Source of the DNA: Felis catus
Taxonomy: Eukaryota
Direction of reading: 5' to 3'
Length of the DNA stretch: 64,000 nt
Assembly: GCF_018350175.1 (NCBI RefSeq)
Contig: NC_058368.1
Coordinates: 930,001-994,000, forward strand
Shown: in pieces, positions 1-14,073 of the stretch
How the letters are laid out: the number at the start of each line of letters is the position of its first letter
Numbering within the stretch: position 1 is the first letter of the stretch
The notes under the pieces: generated by a model
Databases searched by the model: none
What the model was told of the DNA's origin: nothing
What the model saw: the letters and a program-made list of their open reading frames with translations, nothing else
Translations under genes and position numbers: made by a program

Positions 1-900
1 TTTGATGTGCAGCAGCATCATTGGCTTCTACCAACTAGATGCCTGGCAAAATCTGCCAGGCATTATTCTAATTGCTTTGCATTTATTAACTGACTAATTT
101 TCATAACGATCTTTGAAGGTAGATATTATTGTCATTTTTTTAGACTTTATTTTTTAGAGAAGTTTTAGATTCACAGCAAAATTAAGAGGAAGGTACAGAG
201 ATTCCCCATATATTCCTAGCTCCTACATATGCACAGTCTTCTCCATTATCAGCCTAACGGACAATAATAGCACCTCTGTTACAGTTGGTGAACCTCCATT
301 GACACATCGTGATCACACAGAGTCCAATGGGGTTCACATGGTGGTGTACGTTCTGCGGGTCTGGAAAAATTTATGATGACATGTATCCACCATTATAGTA
401 TTGTACAGAGTACTTTCAATGCCCTAACACTCCTCTGTGGGGGCACCTGGGTAGCTCAGTCGGTCAAACATCTGACCCTTGATTTCAGCTCAGGTCGTGA
501 TCTCACAGTCATGAGATCCAACCCTGACATTGGGCTCAGTGCTGGGTGTGGAGCCTGCCTGAGATTCTCTCCCTCCTGCTCCCTCTGCCCCTTCCCTGCT
601 CTCTTAAAAAAAAAAAAAAAAGTAAAAAGTAAAACTCTGTGCTCCACCTACATCCCTCTCCCCATCCAACCTCTGGCAACCACTGATCTTTTTATTGTCT
701 CTATAGTTTTGTCTTTTCTAGAAGTCATATAGTTGGAATCATACAGTGTGTACCTTTGTAGACTGCCTTCTTTCGCTTAGTAATATGCATTTAGGGTTCC
801 TCTATGTATTTTCATGGCTAAATAGCTCATTTCTTTGTAGTATGGAATAATATTCCATTATCTGATATTCCATTATCCATTCCAATATACCACAGTTGAT

Positions 901-1112
901 TTTTTTTTTCAACGTTTATTTATTTTTGGGACAGAGAGAGACAGAGCATGAACGGGGGAGGGGCAGAGAGAGAGGGAGACACAGAATCGGAAACAGGCTC
1001 CAGGCTCTGAGCCATCCGCCCAGAGCCTGACGCAGGGCTCGAACTCACAGACTGCGAGATCGTGACCTGGCTGAAGTCGGACGCTTAACCAACTGCGCCA
1101 CCCAGGCGCCCC
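901..1112 (-). mobile_element. Young SINEC_Fc-type CAN-SINE
   Basis: Full tRNA-like head, (CT)n and A tail; TSD taccacagttgattt at 888-902 and 1113-1127. Confidence 0.92.
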
Positions 1113-2900
1113 TACCACAGTTGATTTATCCATTCACTTACTAAAGGACATCTTGGTTGTTACCAAGTTTGGCGATTATGAATGAAGCTGCCATAGATAT
1201 GTGTGCAGGTTTTTGTATGGATATAAGTTTTCAACATTTTCGGGTAAATACCTAGCAGTGAGATAGCTGGATCATGTTAACAGTATGTTTAGTGTTTGAG
1301 AAACTGCCAAACTGTCTTCCGAAGTGGCTATACTTTGCATTCCCACCAGCAGTGAATGAGTGATCCTGTTTCTCCACATCTTTACTAGCATTGGTGATGT
1401 CAGTGTTCTAGATTCTGACAATTCTGCTCAGGGTGTAGTGGTATCTCCCTCTTGTTTTAGTTTGCATTTCCCGGATAATATCCATATGGAGCATCTTTTC
1501 TTTTTTCTTTTTTTAAGTTTATTTATTTATTTTTGAGAGAGAAAAAGAGTGTGAGTGAGAGAGGGGGAGAGAATCCCAAGCAGGCTCTTCACTGTAAGCG
1601 CAGAGCCTGAAATGGGGCTCAAACCCACAAACTGTGAGACCATGACCTGAGCCAAAATCAAGAGTCAGATGCCTGACTGGGCCACCCAAGTGCCCATGCA
1701 GCATCTTTTTGTCTGCTCACTGGCCATCAATATATCTTTTCTGAGGTGTCTGTTAAAGCCATGGGCTCATTTCTCAATCAGGTTGTTTCCTTATTGTTGA
1801 GTTTTAAAAGTTATCTGTATACTTTGGATAATAGTCCTTTATCAGATGTCTTTGGCAAATATTTTCTGGCAACCTATGGCTTGTCTTTTTATTCTCATGA
1901 CAGTGTCTTTTGCAGAGTAGAAATTAAAAAAAAAATTTTTTTAGGTTTATTTATTTATTTTAGAGAGACAGAGAGAGTGAGCAGGAGAGGGGCATAGAGA
2001 GATGGGGAGAGAGAATCCCAAGCAGGCTCCACACTGTCAGCGTGAAACCCGATGTGGGGCTCGAACTCACGAACCATGAGATCATGACCTGAGCTGAAAC
2101 CAAGAGTCGGATGCTTAACAAACTGAGCCACCCAGGCACCCCATAATTTTTATTTTTAATGAAGTTCATCATAAATTCTTCTTTCTTTCATAAATTATGC
2201 CTTTGGTTTGGTGTTGTATCTAAAAAGTCATCACCAAACTAAAAGCCATTTAAATTTTCTTCAGGGGCACATGGGTGGCTCAGTTAAGTGTCAGACCTCG
2301 GCTCAGGTCATGATCTCATGGCTCCTGAGTTTGAGCCCCACGTCAGGCTCTGTGCTGACAGCTCAGAGCCTAGAGCCTGCTTCAAATTCTGTCTCCCTCT
2401 CATCTCTGCTCCTCCCCCACTCTCTCTCTCAAAAATAAACATTAAAAATTTTTTGTTAATGTTGTTCCATTTTTCTTCCACGGTTTTTATAATTTTGTTT
2501 TAATTTAGGTCTGTGATCCATTTTGAGTTAATTTCTGTGAAGAGTGAGTGTAAGGTTTTTGTGTGTGTAGATTCTCTCCTTTGTAGAAATATGTGGATGT
2601 CCAGTTGTTCAGCACCATTTTTTGAAAAGACAATCTTTGTTCCATAGTATGTATTACCTTTGTCCTTTGCCAAAGATCAGTTGAATTGTTTTTATGATGG
2701 TCTATTTCTGGGCTCTCTATTGTCTCACTGATTTGTCTATTCTTTCTCCAGTACAGTATTTTTTTGATTAATGTAACTTTATAGTAAGTCTTGAAATTGG
2801 GTAGCATTAGTTCTCCAACTTTATTCTTTTCCTTCAATATAGTGTTGCCTATTCTGGGTCTTTTGCTTCTCCACGTATACTTAAGAATCCGATTGTCTAT

Positions 2901-3119
2901 GGGGCGCCTGGGTGGCGCAGTCGGTTAAGCGTCCGACTTCAGCCAGCTCACGATCTCGCGGTCCGTGAGTTCGAGCCCCGCGTCAGGCTCTGGGCTGATG
3001 GCTCAGAACCTGGAGCCTGTTTCCGATTCTGTGTCTCCCTCTCTCTCTGCCCCTCCCCCGTTCATGCTCTGTCTCTCTCTGTCCCAAAAATAAATAAACG
3101 TTGAAAAAAAAAAAAAAAA
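2901..3119 (+). mobile_element. Young SINEC_Fc-type CAN-SINE
   Basis: TSD aagaatccgattgtctat at 2883-2900 and 3118-3135. Confidence 0.92.
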
Positions 3120-6100
3120 GAATCCGATTGTCTATATCAAAAATAAAATGTGTTGGCATTTTGATTGGGATTGCATTGAATCTGTGGAACAAATTGGGAA
3201 GAACTGACATCTTGACAATATTAAGTCTTACTATCCATGAACATGAAATAATTCTCCATTTATTTAGCTTTTCTTTGATTTCATTTATCAGAGATTTGTG
3301 GTTTTCTTCATATAGATCTTGTAATTTGTTATATCTAAGTATTCCATGTTTTCAGGCACTGATGTAAATGATATTGTATTTTTAATTTCAAATTCCACTT
3401 GGTCATCGCTGGTATATTAAAAAAAGTAATTAACTTTTAAAATCATTTTTGTGTCCTGCAACCTTGCTATACTCATGTCATCTGCAAACAAAGACAGTTT
3501 TATTTCTTCTTTCCCAATCTCTATGCCTTGTTTCTCCTGTTTCTGTCTTACTGCATATCTAGGACTTCTAGAACAATGTTGAATGGCAGTGGAGAGGATA
3601 TCCTTTCTTTGTTCCTCATCTCAGTAGGAAACACTTGGGTTTCTTACCATAAAGCATGATGTTAGCTATAGGTTTCTTGTAGATATTCTTCATCAAGTTG
3701 AGGAGGTTACCATCTGTTGCTAGTTTACTGAGAATTTTTTTAAAAAATGAATGTTGGACTTTGTCAAATACCTTTTCTGCATCTATTAATAAGACCATGT
3801 GATTTTATTCTTAAGCCTGTTGATGTGATGAATTACATTAATTGATTTTTGAATGTTGAACCAGGCTTGCATACCTGAGATAAACCCACTTGCTTCTGAT
3901 GTACCATTCTCTTTACACATCGTTGGGTTCAATTTGATAATATTTTGTCAAGGATGTTTTTATCTATGTTCCTGTGAGCTATTGGTTTGTAGTGTTTTTT
4001 TTTTCCTTGCAATGTGTTTGTCTAGTTTGGTATTAAGGTAATGTGAGCCTCATAGAATGAATTAGGAAGAATTCCTTCTGCTTCTACTCTCTGATAGAGA
4101 TTATAGAGAATTGGTATAATTTCTTTCTTACCTGTTTAGTAGACTTCACTGGTGAACCCAACTGGGACTAGTGCTTTATTTTTTGGAAGATTATTAATTA
4201 TACTAGCTTGGGTAGGTCAGTCAGTGGAGTCTCCAACTCTTGATTTCAGCTCAGGTCATGATCCCAAGGTCATGGGATTGAGCCCCACATTGGGCTCCGT
4301 GTTTAGCATGGAGCATGCTTAAGATTCTCTCGCTCCCTCTCCCTTTGCCCTTCCCTTGCTCATGCTCTTTCTCTCTCTCTCAAAAAAAAAAAAAAAAAAA
4401 AAAAAAAAATGCAGGCCTATTCAGATTGCCTATTAGTTTTTGTGTGATTTTTGGCAGACTGTTCCTTTGCAGGAATTAGTTCATTTTATCTAGGCTATCA
4501 GGGTGTCTGTGTGGCTCAGTCGGTTGAGCATCCCACTTCAGCTCAGGTCATGATCTTGCGATTTGTGAGTTCCAGCTCTGCATCAGGCTCACTGCTGTCA
4601 GAGCAGAGCCTGCTTCAGATCTTCTGTCCCCCCCACCTCTGCCCCTCCCCTGCTCTCTCAAAAAAAAAAAAAAAAAAAAAATCTAAAAAAAACCACCTAG
4701 GGGCACCTGGGTGGCTCATTCAGTTAAGCATCCAACTCTTTGACTCTTGGTCTAGGCTCAGGTCATGATCTCATGGTTTTATAAGTTCGAAGCCCATGTT
4801 GGGCTCTGTGCTGACAGTGCAGAGCCTGCTTGGGATTTTTTTTTTTTCTCTCTCTCTCTCTGCCCCTGCCTTACTTGCACTGTCTTTGTCTCTCTCAAAA
4901 TAAATGAGTTTTAAAAAAAAACCTAGGCTATCGAATATGTGGGCATAGAAGGGTTAATGGTATATCTTCATTATCTTTTTAATATCCACGGGATCTGTAA
5001 TGATGTCCCCTCCTTCATTTCTGATATTAGTAATTTGTGTCCTTTCTCTTTCTTCCTAGTTAGCCCGGCTAGAGGCTTATTGATTTCACTGAGCTTTTCA
5101 ATGAACTAACTTTTGGTTTTATTGATTTCCTATAATATCTTCTTTTCAATTTAAGGTGGCTCAGTTGGTTGAGTGTCTGACTTTGGCTCAGGTCATGATC
5201 TCGCAGTCCATGGGTTCAAGCCCCACTTTGGGCTCTGTGCTGACAGCTCAGTCTGGAGCCTACTTCAGATTCTGTGTTTTCCTCTCTCTCTCTCAAAAAT
5301 AAATAAACATTAAAAAATATTTTTTAAAATATCTACTTTTCATTTTAATTGATTTCTACTGTAGTTCTTATTTCTTTTCTTCTGCTTACTTTGATTTTTT
5401 TAATGTTTCTTTTGCCGGGGGGTTGGGGAGGAATGTGAGTGGGGGAGGGGCAGAGAGAGACGGAGACACAGAATCTGAAACTGGCTCCAGGCTCCGAGCT
5501 GTCAGCACAGAGCCCGACACTGGGCTCGAACTCACAAGCTGTGACCTCATGACCTGAGCCAAAGTCAGACGCTCAACTGACTGAGCCACCCAGGTGCCCC
5601 TCTTCTGCTTACTTTGGATTTAATTTGCTTTTCTCTTTCCAGTTTTCTAACATGGAACCTAGATTATAGATTAGACTTTATTTTTTAATTTATGCATTCA
5701 AGGCTATAAATTTTTCTCTAAGCAGTTTTTGCTGCATCCTAGAAATTTCGATAAGTTGCATTTTCATTCCCCTTCAAAATATTTTTAAATTTCTCTTGAG
5801 ATTTCTTCTTTCACTCATGTGTTATTCAATCTCCATGTATTGTAGGATTTTCCAGTTATCTTCCTGTTATTGATTTCTGTTAATTCCACTGTGATCTGAG
5901 ATAACATATATAATTTTTATTCTTTTAAATTTAAGGTATTTTTTATGACTGAGAATGTGATCATTCTTGGTGCATTCACCATGTGATCACCATGTGATCT
6001 TCAGAAGAATGTGTACTCTGCTATTGTCTGGTGAAGTAGTCTATTGATGTCAATTATATCCAGTTGAAAGATGGTAGAGTTCAACTGTGTCCTTACTGAT

Positions 6101-6289
6101 TTTCTGCCTGCTGGATCTGTCCATTTCTGATAAAGGTGTTCAAATTTCCAACTGTCATTGTGGATTCATCTATTTCTCCATGCAACTGTATCCATCATGA
6201 ATTTTGATACTCTGTTGTTAGGCACATTAAAAGTTAAAGATTATTATGTCTTCTAGGAAAACTGACCCTTTTACAATTATGGAATGCCA

Positions 6290-9200
6290 AGGAAAAATGG
6301 GAAAGATGGCAGAGTAGTAAGATCCTGAGGTCACCTCCTCCCATGAATCCACCATGGTTGTGAGTACACAAAGAGAAACTCTTTCTGAGAATGACCTGAA
6401 GACTAGCAGAACAGTTTTTCCACAGCTAAAGATATAAACAAAAAGCCACAGGGTAGGATGGGCAAAGACACTGTCTAATCAGAAACCAAACCCCTAGCAT
6501 GGCAACCCATAAGCAAGAGGTATGTCACCTGCAAAGAGGTATTCCCTAAGGAGTAAGAATTCAAACTTCACATTGGGCAACCCCTGCCCTGGGGAATCTG
6601 AGCCAGGTAGATTAGCTCCCATAACGTCTGTCTATGAAAATGAGTGGGGCTTACCTCCAGGAGAGCCAGAGGGCTAGCGGAAACCAAAACAGTACTCTTA
6701 AAGGCCTTGCACACAATTTCACTCACTTCAAGGCCCAACAAAGAGGTACCGGTGTGAAAAGAGCCTGGGCCGAAAGTGAAAATTTATTGACTGATTTAGA
6801 ACATGTGCCAGAGGGGCAGGGATCTATAGAAACTTTCTCTGGGCATGGAAGGACTGATGAGTGTCATTTTTTTGCCCTCTTTCAGTCTAGTTGCCCTAAT
6901 GCTGATAAGCACCAGTTCTGACCATCTACATCTAAGTTGCTAGCACTACTCACGCCTCCAAAATGAGTTTTTGCCCTTCAATACCCAGCAGGCAGCCTCA
7001 TCAGGGAACACTACCCCTCCAAGTAACTCCTGATCCAATGAACGAGGGCCACCTTAGCCCAACAGCACACCCTCAACAGTCAGGGGCCGGGGTGGGGGAA
7101 AATCCCACCTACCAGCATGTCCACAACACCTGCAGCCATGTGTTGGAAGTGAGACACTCGGTGTAGGCTAACCCAGCCACCAGCACACCCACACCAATCA
7201 TGGCCAGGTCTCACAGCCCACCAGTACACTGGCAGTAGTCATGACCCAATCAATCACAACAGTAAGGCACATGCAGCCCATACAGGGAACACCACTGGAG
7301 TGCCTGGTTCTTGTAACCAGAAAGAAATTGTACCTTCTACATAAGGCCACTACCTTTAAGACCACAAGACATAGCTGACCTACCTAATACATAAAGACAA
7401 ACACAGAGAGTCAGATAAAACGAGGAGACAGAGAAATATGTTCCAAACAGAAGAACAAGACAAAACCTCAGAAAAAGAACTAAAAAAAAAAAAAAAAAAA
7501 AAAGAGATAAGCAATCTACCTGATAAAGAGTTCAAAGTAATGGGGATAAAGATGCTTACCGAACTTGGGAGAAGAATGGATGAACTCAGTGAGAACTTTA
7601 GCAAAGAGATAGAAAACATAAAACAAACTAATCAGAGCTGAAGAATACAATAAGTTAAATTAAAAATACACTAAAGGAGTCAATAGTAGATTAGAGGATA
7701 CAGAGAATGAATCTAAAGACAGGGTAGTAGAAATTATTCAAGTGGAACAACAAAAAGAAAAAGGAATTTCTTAAATTAGGGTAGGTTAAGGGACTTCTAT
7801 GAAAACATCAAGGATACTAACATTTGCATTACAGGGGTCCAAGAAAGAGAAGAGAGAGAAAGAGACAGAAAACTTATTTGAAGAAATAATAGCTGAAAAC
7901 TTCCCTAACTTGGAGAAGGAAACAGACATCCAGATTCAGAAGCCATCAAGAACCCCAAACAAAATGAACACCAAAAGATCCATGCCAAGATACATAATAA
8001 TTAAAGTCACAAAAATTAGAGAATCCTAAGAGCAGCAAGAGAAAAGCAACTAGTTACATAGAAGGGATCACCCATAAAACTGTCAGCTGATTTTTCAGCA
8101 GAAAATTTGCAGGCCAGAAGGGAGTGACATGATATATTCAAAATGCCAAACAGAAAAAAAATCCCTACAGTCAAAAATATTTTACCCAGCAAGATCATCA
8201 TTCAGAATTGAAGAAATAAAGAGTTTCCCAGACAAATACAAGTTAAAGGAGTTCATCACTGCTAAACTGGTCTTAGAAGAAATATTAAACGATTGTTTTA
8301 AGTCAAAAAGAAAAGGCCACACCACCAGAAGTAAGAAAATTATGAAAGAAAAAATTTCACTGGTAAAAGCAAACACATAGTGAATGTAATAATCTTTTAT
8401 AAAGCTAGTATGAAGGCTAAGAGACAAAAGTAGTAAAAACAACTATATCTGCAATAATTAGTTAAGGGATGCACAAAACTGTAAGATGTGAAACTTGATG
8501 TCAAATACAGAAAATGTGTTGTGAGGGAAGTAAAATTGTGCTTTTAGAATGTGTTTGACCTTAAATGACCATTAACAAAACAGATTGCTATAAACAAAGG
8601 ATGTCGGGGCGCCTGGTGGCTCAGTCAGTTAAGCATCTTGACTCTTGTTTTTGGCTCAAGTCATGACCTTATGGTTCATGTGTTCGAGCCCCACATCAGG
8701 CTCTGTGCTGTCAGTGCAGGGCCTGCTTGAGTGTCTCTCTCTCTGCCCTCTCCCCCTGTTCACACTTTCTCACTCTATCTCTCAAAAATAAATAAATAAA
8801 CATTAAAAAAATTTTTTTATGTTTATTAATTTTTGATAGAGAGAGAGAGAGAGAGAGAGAGACAGAACATGAGCGGGGGAGGGGCAGAGAGAGAGGGAGA
8901 CACAGAATCCGAAGCAGGCTCCAGGCTCTGAGCTGTCAGCACAGAGCCCAACGCGGGACTCAAACTCACAGACCGTGAGATCATGACCTGAGCCGAAATC
9001 AGACGCTCAACCGACTGAGCCACCCAGGTGCCCCAACAAACATTTTTTTAAAGGGTGCTATTTGCAAACATCATGGTAACCACAAATCAAAAACCTATAA
9101 TAGAAACACAAAAAATAAAGAGAATCCAAGTATAACAATAAAAAAGTCATCAGATCACTAAGAAAGACAGCAAGAAAAGAATAGAGAAGAACTACAAAAA

Positions 9201-12200
9201 CAACTAGAAAACAAAACAAAAACAACTATCAGTTATTACTTTCAATATAAATGTACTAAATCCTCCAATGAAAACACATAGGGTGATTACATGAATAAAA
9301 AAAGAAAAAAGAAAAAAAAACCACTCATGTTTATGCTACCTAAAAGAGATTTACTTCAGGCACACACATAAGAGACTGAAAGTAAAGACATAGAAAAAGA
9401 TATTCCAGGCAAGCAGAAATGAAAAAATAAAGCTGGGAACCACTACTTACACAAAATAGACTTTAAAAAAATAATATGACAATGGGGTTCCTGGGTGGCT
9501 CAGTCTGTATGGCGGTTGACTTCAGCTCAGGTCATGATCTCACGGTTTGTGAGTTCAAGCCCAGTGTTGGGCTCTGTGCTGACAGCCTGGAACCTGAGGA
9601 CTGCTTCAAATTCTGTGTCTCCCCTTCTCTCTGCCCCTCCCATGCTCATGCTCTATCTCTCTCTGTTTCTCAATAATAAATGTTAAAAAAATTTTTTTAA
9701 TAAAAAAATACTATAACAAGAGACAAAGAAGGGCAATGCATAATGATAAAGCAATTAAGCCACTAAGAGAATATAACAATTGTAAATATCTATAAACCCA
9801 ACATAAATGCAGGGGCGCCTGGGTGGCTCAGTCGGCTGAGTATCCGACTTCAGCTCAGGTCATGATCTCACAGTCCATGAGTTCGAGCCCCGCATTGGGC
9901 TCTGTGCTGACAGCTCGGAGCCTGGAGCCTGCTTTGGATTCTGTGTCTCCCTCTCTCTGACCCTCCCCCATTCATGCTCTTTCTCTGTCTCAAAAATGAA
10001 TAAATATTAAAAAAAAAAAAAAAAACCCAATATAAATGCACCTAAATATATAAAACAAACATTAACAGACATAAAAGTAGAAATCAACAGTAATAATAGT
10101 AGGGAACTTTAACAGCCCACCTACATCAATGGATCAGCCAGACAGAAAAATCAGTATGGAAACAATGTCTTTGAACATTAGGCCACATGGACTTAATATA
10201 TATAGAACATTCCACCCCAAACCAGCAATATACACATTCTTTTGAAGTAGACAAGCAACATTCCACAGGATGGACCTACATGTTAGCCACAAAACCAATC
10301 TCAGTAAATTTACGGAGACTGAAGGGCACTTAGGTGGGTCAGTTGGTTGGACTCAGTTGGGCTAACTCTTGATTTCAGCTCAGGTCATGATCCCAGGTTT
10401 GTGGTATCAAGCCCCACATGAGGCTCCACACTGAGTATGGGAGCCTGCTTGAGATTCTCTCTCTCTCCCTCTCCCCTGCTTGTGCTCCCTCTGTCTCAAA
10501 AAAAATTTTTTGTAAGAAGATTGAAATCATATCAAGCATCTTCACTGACTAAAGTAATAAGAAAGTAGGAAAAAAAAATGGAAAAAAACCACAAACATTT
10601 AGAGGCTAAAGAACATGCTACTAAACAACCAATGGGGCAACAAATAAATCAAAGAGGAAATCAAAAAATATATGGAGGCATACAAAAATTGAAACACATT
10701 CCAAAATCTTTGGGATACAGCAAACAAACAAAAATCTCTGGGATGAAGCAAAAGCAGTTCTAAGAGGAAAGTTTATTGCAATACAGGTCTACCTCAGGAA
10801 ACAAGAGAAACTCAAATAAACAATGTACCCTTACACCTACAGTAACTACAAAAAGAACAACAAAGCCCAAAGTAGGAGGAAGTATATAATGAAGATCACA
10901 GCAGAAATCAGTGATATAGAGACTGAAAATAAAAAAATAAAAGATCAAGGAAATTAAGAACTGATTCTTAAAAAGAAAAAAAAAAAAAAAGAACTGATTC
11001 TTTGAAGAGATAAACGAAATTGATAAACTTTTAGCCAAACTCATCAAGAGAAAAAGATAAAGGGCCCAAAGGGCCCAAATAAATATAATGAAAATATAAT
11101 GAAATATAAATATAATGAAAGAGGAGCAGTTACAACCAAGACCATGAAAATACAAAAGATTGTAAGAGGCCACTACAAAAAATTATATGCCAACAAATTG
11201 GGCAATATAGAAAAAATGGACAAACTTCCACAAACATACATTCTTCTAAGACAGAATCAGGAAGAAATACAAAATTTGAAGACTGATTACTAGTAGTGAA
11301 ATTGAATCAGTAATCAAAAAACTCCATAAACAAAAGCCCAGGACCAAATGGCTTCATAGGTTAATTCTACCAATTTTTTTTTTTTTTTTTTTTGAGAGAG
11401 AGTGTGCAAACAGAGAACACAAGGGGGACAGAGGTTCCAACGTGGGCTCCACTGTAACAGCAGCAAGTCCGACTTGGGGCTCAAATCCACAAATCATGAG
11501 ATCACCACCCAAGTGAAAGTCAGATGCTCAACCAACTGAGCACCCAAGTGCCCCAATATTTATTATTTCTTAATTTTTTAAAAGTTTTTATCTATTTATT
11601 TTGAGAGAGCAGGGGAGTGGCAGAGAGAGAAGGAGAGAGAGAATCCTGAGCAGTGGCAGTGCAGAGCCTGACATGGGCCTCAAGCCCACTAACTACAAGA
11701 TCATGAGCTATGCTGAAACCAAGAGTCAGATGCTTAACTGACTGAGCGTCCCCTAACAAACATTTAAAAAATAGTTGATATCTATCCTTCTCAAACTATT
11801 CCAAAAAACTGAAGAGGAAGGAATGCCTCCAAATTCATTCTACAAGTCTAGCCTTACCCTAATACCAAAAGAAGACAAAGGCACTACAAAAAAGAAAATT
11901 ACAGGCCAATATACCTGATGAATACAAATGCAAAAATCCTCAACTAAATATCGGCAAACCAAATTCAACAATACATGAAAAGAATCATTCAACATGATCA
12001 AGTGGAATTTATTCCAGGGATGCAAGGATGTTTCAATATCAGAAAATCAATCAATATGGGGTGCCTGGCTGGCACACTTATAAGAGCATGTGACTCTTGA
12101 TCTTGGGGTTGTGGGTTTAAGCCCCATGTTGGATGTAGAGGTTCCTTAAAAAATAAAACCTTTAGGGACACCTGGATGGCTCAGTTGGTTATGCGTCTGT

Positions 12201-12470
12201 CTCTTGATTTGGGCTTAGGTCATGATCTCACAGTTTGTGAGTTGGAGCCTTGCACTGGGCTCTTTGCTGACAGTGCAGAGCCTGCTTAGGAATCTCTCTC
12301 TCCCTCTCTCTCTGCTCTCACCTCCTAGTGCTTGCTCTCTTTCTCAAAATAAATAAACTTAAAAACAAATTTTTAAAAGGCAATCCCAGCATCAAAAATT
12401 ATAAAATACATAGGAGTAAACTTAATGAGACAGAAGATTTGTACATTGAAAACTACAAAACACTGTTGCT
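6290..12470 (+). mobile_element. Decayed L1 with 5' UTR, ORF1 relics (~7430-8380) and ORF2 relics (~9200-12470), interrupted by SINECs
   Basis: ORF1-like EISNLPDKEFKVM..., LFEEIIAENFPNL, YPARSSFRIE; ORF2-like YKKLYANKL..EKMDK; frameshifts and stops throughout. Confidence 0.85.
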
Positions 12471-12799
12471 TTGAAACAACTACACTGGTTGGTTTGGTTA
12501 CAAGATAAATTAGGAAAAAATATGTCTCACTTCATATTCATAAGGTAAAATGAAATAGGGATGTATTGTGTTGTTATATACATATAATTAAAAATCCATT
12601 TCCAAATTAAATTTAAGGCCTATAGAGAATGGAAGGTGATGAAACACAGTATATAAATCAGGTATGTGTGAAACATGGCTATGGCATCTGTAGAACACAA
12701 AAATTCAGCAGTGGCAGGTAGGATTTTGTTGTCACCAGCAGCAGCAAAAACAGAAGCACACATATGCTGAATTCAGTTGGAAGGAATCCATTTCCCAGG

Positions 12800-12950
12800 C
12801 GCAGTGTTTCTCAAAGTGTGATCTGGCAACAGCCTGCACCAGAATCCCCTAAAATACGGTAAAAGTGAAGGTTCCAGAGCCACATGTCAGACATTTGCAG
12901 TTTAAATAAGCTCCCAAGGTCTTAGGTTCTCTAAAATTTAAGAACACTTC
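12800..12950. mobile_element. MER5A-like hAT MITE
   Basis: cagtgtttctcaaagtgtg...ttaaataagctcccaagg...aaatttaagaacact. Confidence 0.65.
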
Positions 12951-13842
12951 TCCAAATCTCTGAAAACAATTGTTTTTTCTGAGAAAGCCACGGGAAATAT
13001 TTGTCTGTACCAGCAAATTAAGGATGGTAACTTATTTAATGTTCTGAGATTATATCGTCTAAAAACATTATATTTTTCACTTTAATATTTTAGGCTTTGA
13101 TAAAAAAATATCAAAGATATAAACTAACTTATTGTTTAGTAAAGAAAAGGTGTTTTCTTGGAATGAAACAGTTCTTCCTACCAAAAAAAAAACCAAAAAC
13201 CAAAAACCAAAAAAAAAAGACCAGGATATAACAAATGTATCCCTTGTCCTAGTACTCCTTTCCTAAATCAACTCAATTTCACTAAAGGCCTGGTTTTTTG
13301 TTTTGTTTTCTGACAAACAAAATGTAGAATGAAGGTGGGAATAATGAACACCTGTACAAACTGTTGCTTCCTAACTTCTGTGTTTTCCATGTCTTGGCTC
13401 TCTGAATATGCACTAAGTTAGGGTCTCACAGGTCCTCCCACTCTGCACTAAGTCAGCTGATCACCCCTTCTAAGGCACCTTGGCCATTCTTTGCATCAGA
13501 TGACATAGTACTTGTCTTTAAACTTTTCATATACCTCCCTAGGCTAATTCCTTTCACAGTAATGACTGCTTTTTTTAAAGTTTATTATTTTTTATTTTAT
13601 GAATTAAAAAATATTTTTTAACATTTATTCATTTTTGAGAGACAGAGACAGAGTAGAGGGTGAGGGTGAGGGGCAGAGAGAGGGAGACACAGAATCTGAA
13701 GCAGGCTCCAGGCTCTTCAGCACAGAGCCCAATGCGGGGCTAGAACCCACGAACCATGAGATCGTGACCTGAAGTTGGACACTCAACTGAGTCACCCAGG
13801 TACACTATAACCTTCTTATGTTTTAAATGTCCATGGGATCTT

Positions 13843-14073
13843 GGGGCGCCTGGGTGGTGCAGTCGGTTAAGCGTTCAACTTCAGCCAGGTCACGATCTCG
13901 CGGTCCGTGAGTTCGAGCCCCGCGTCAGGCTCTGGGCTGATGGCTCAGAGCCTGGAGCCTGTTTCCGATTCTGTGTCTCCCTCTCTCTCTGCCCCTGCCC
14001 CGTTCATGCTCTGTCTCTCTCTGTCCCAAAAATAAATAAAAAACGTTGAAAAAAAAATTAAAAAAAAAATAAA
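13843..14073 (+). mobile_element. Young SINEC_Fc-type CAN-SINE
   Basis: TSD taaatgtccatgggatct at 13824-13841 and 14074-14091. Confidence 0.92.

Larger units (their letters stand above)
140..6290 (-). mobile_element. Old L1 (3' UTR and ORF2 relics), fragmented by many SINEC insertions
   Basis: Antisense L1 3' end text at 140-1500; ORF2-like peptides PNFKTYYK...WRKNRQI (2505..2837), IDAEKVFDKVQH (3616..3798). Confidence 0.8.

Noticed and set aside
2901..2980. tRNA-like A/B box sequences as tRNA genes
   Set aside because: They are the tRNA-derived heads of CAN-SINEs, followed by (CT)n and A tails
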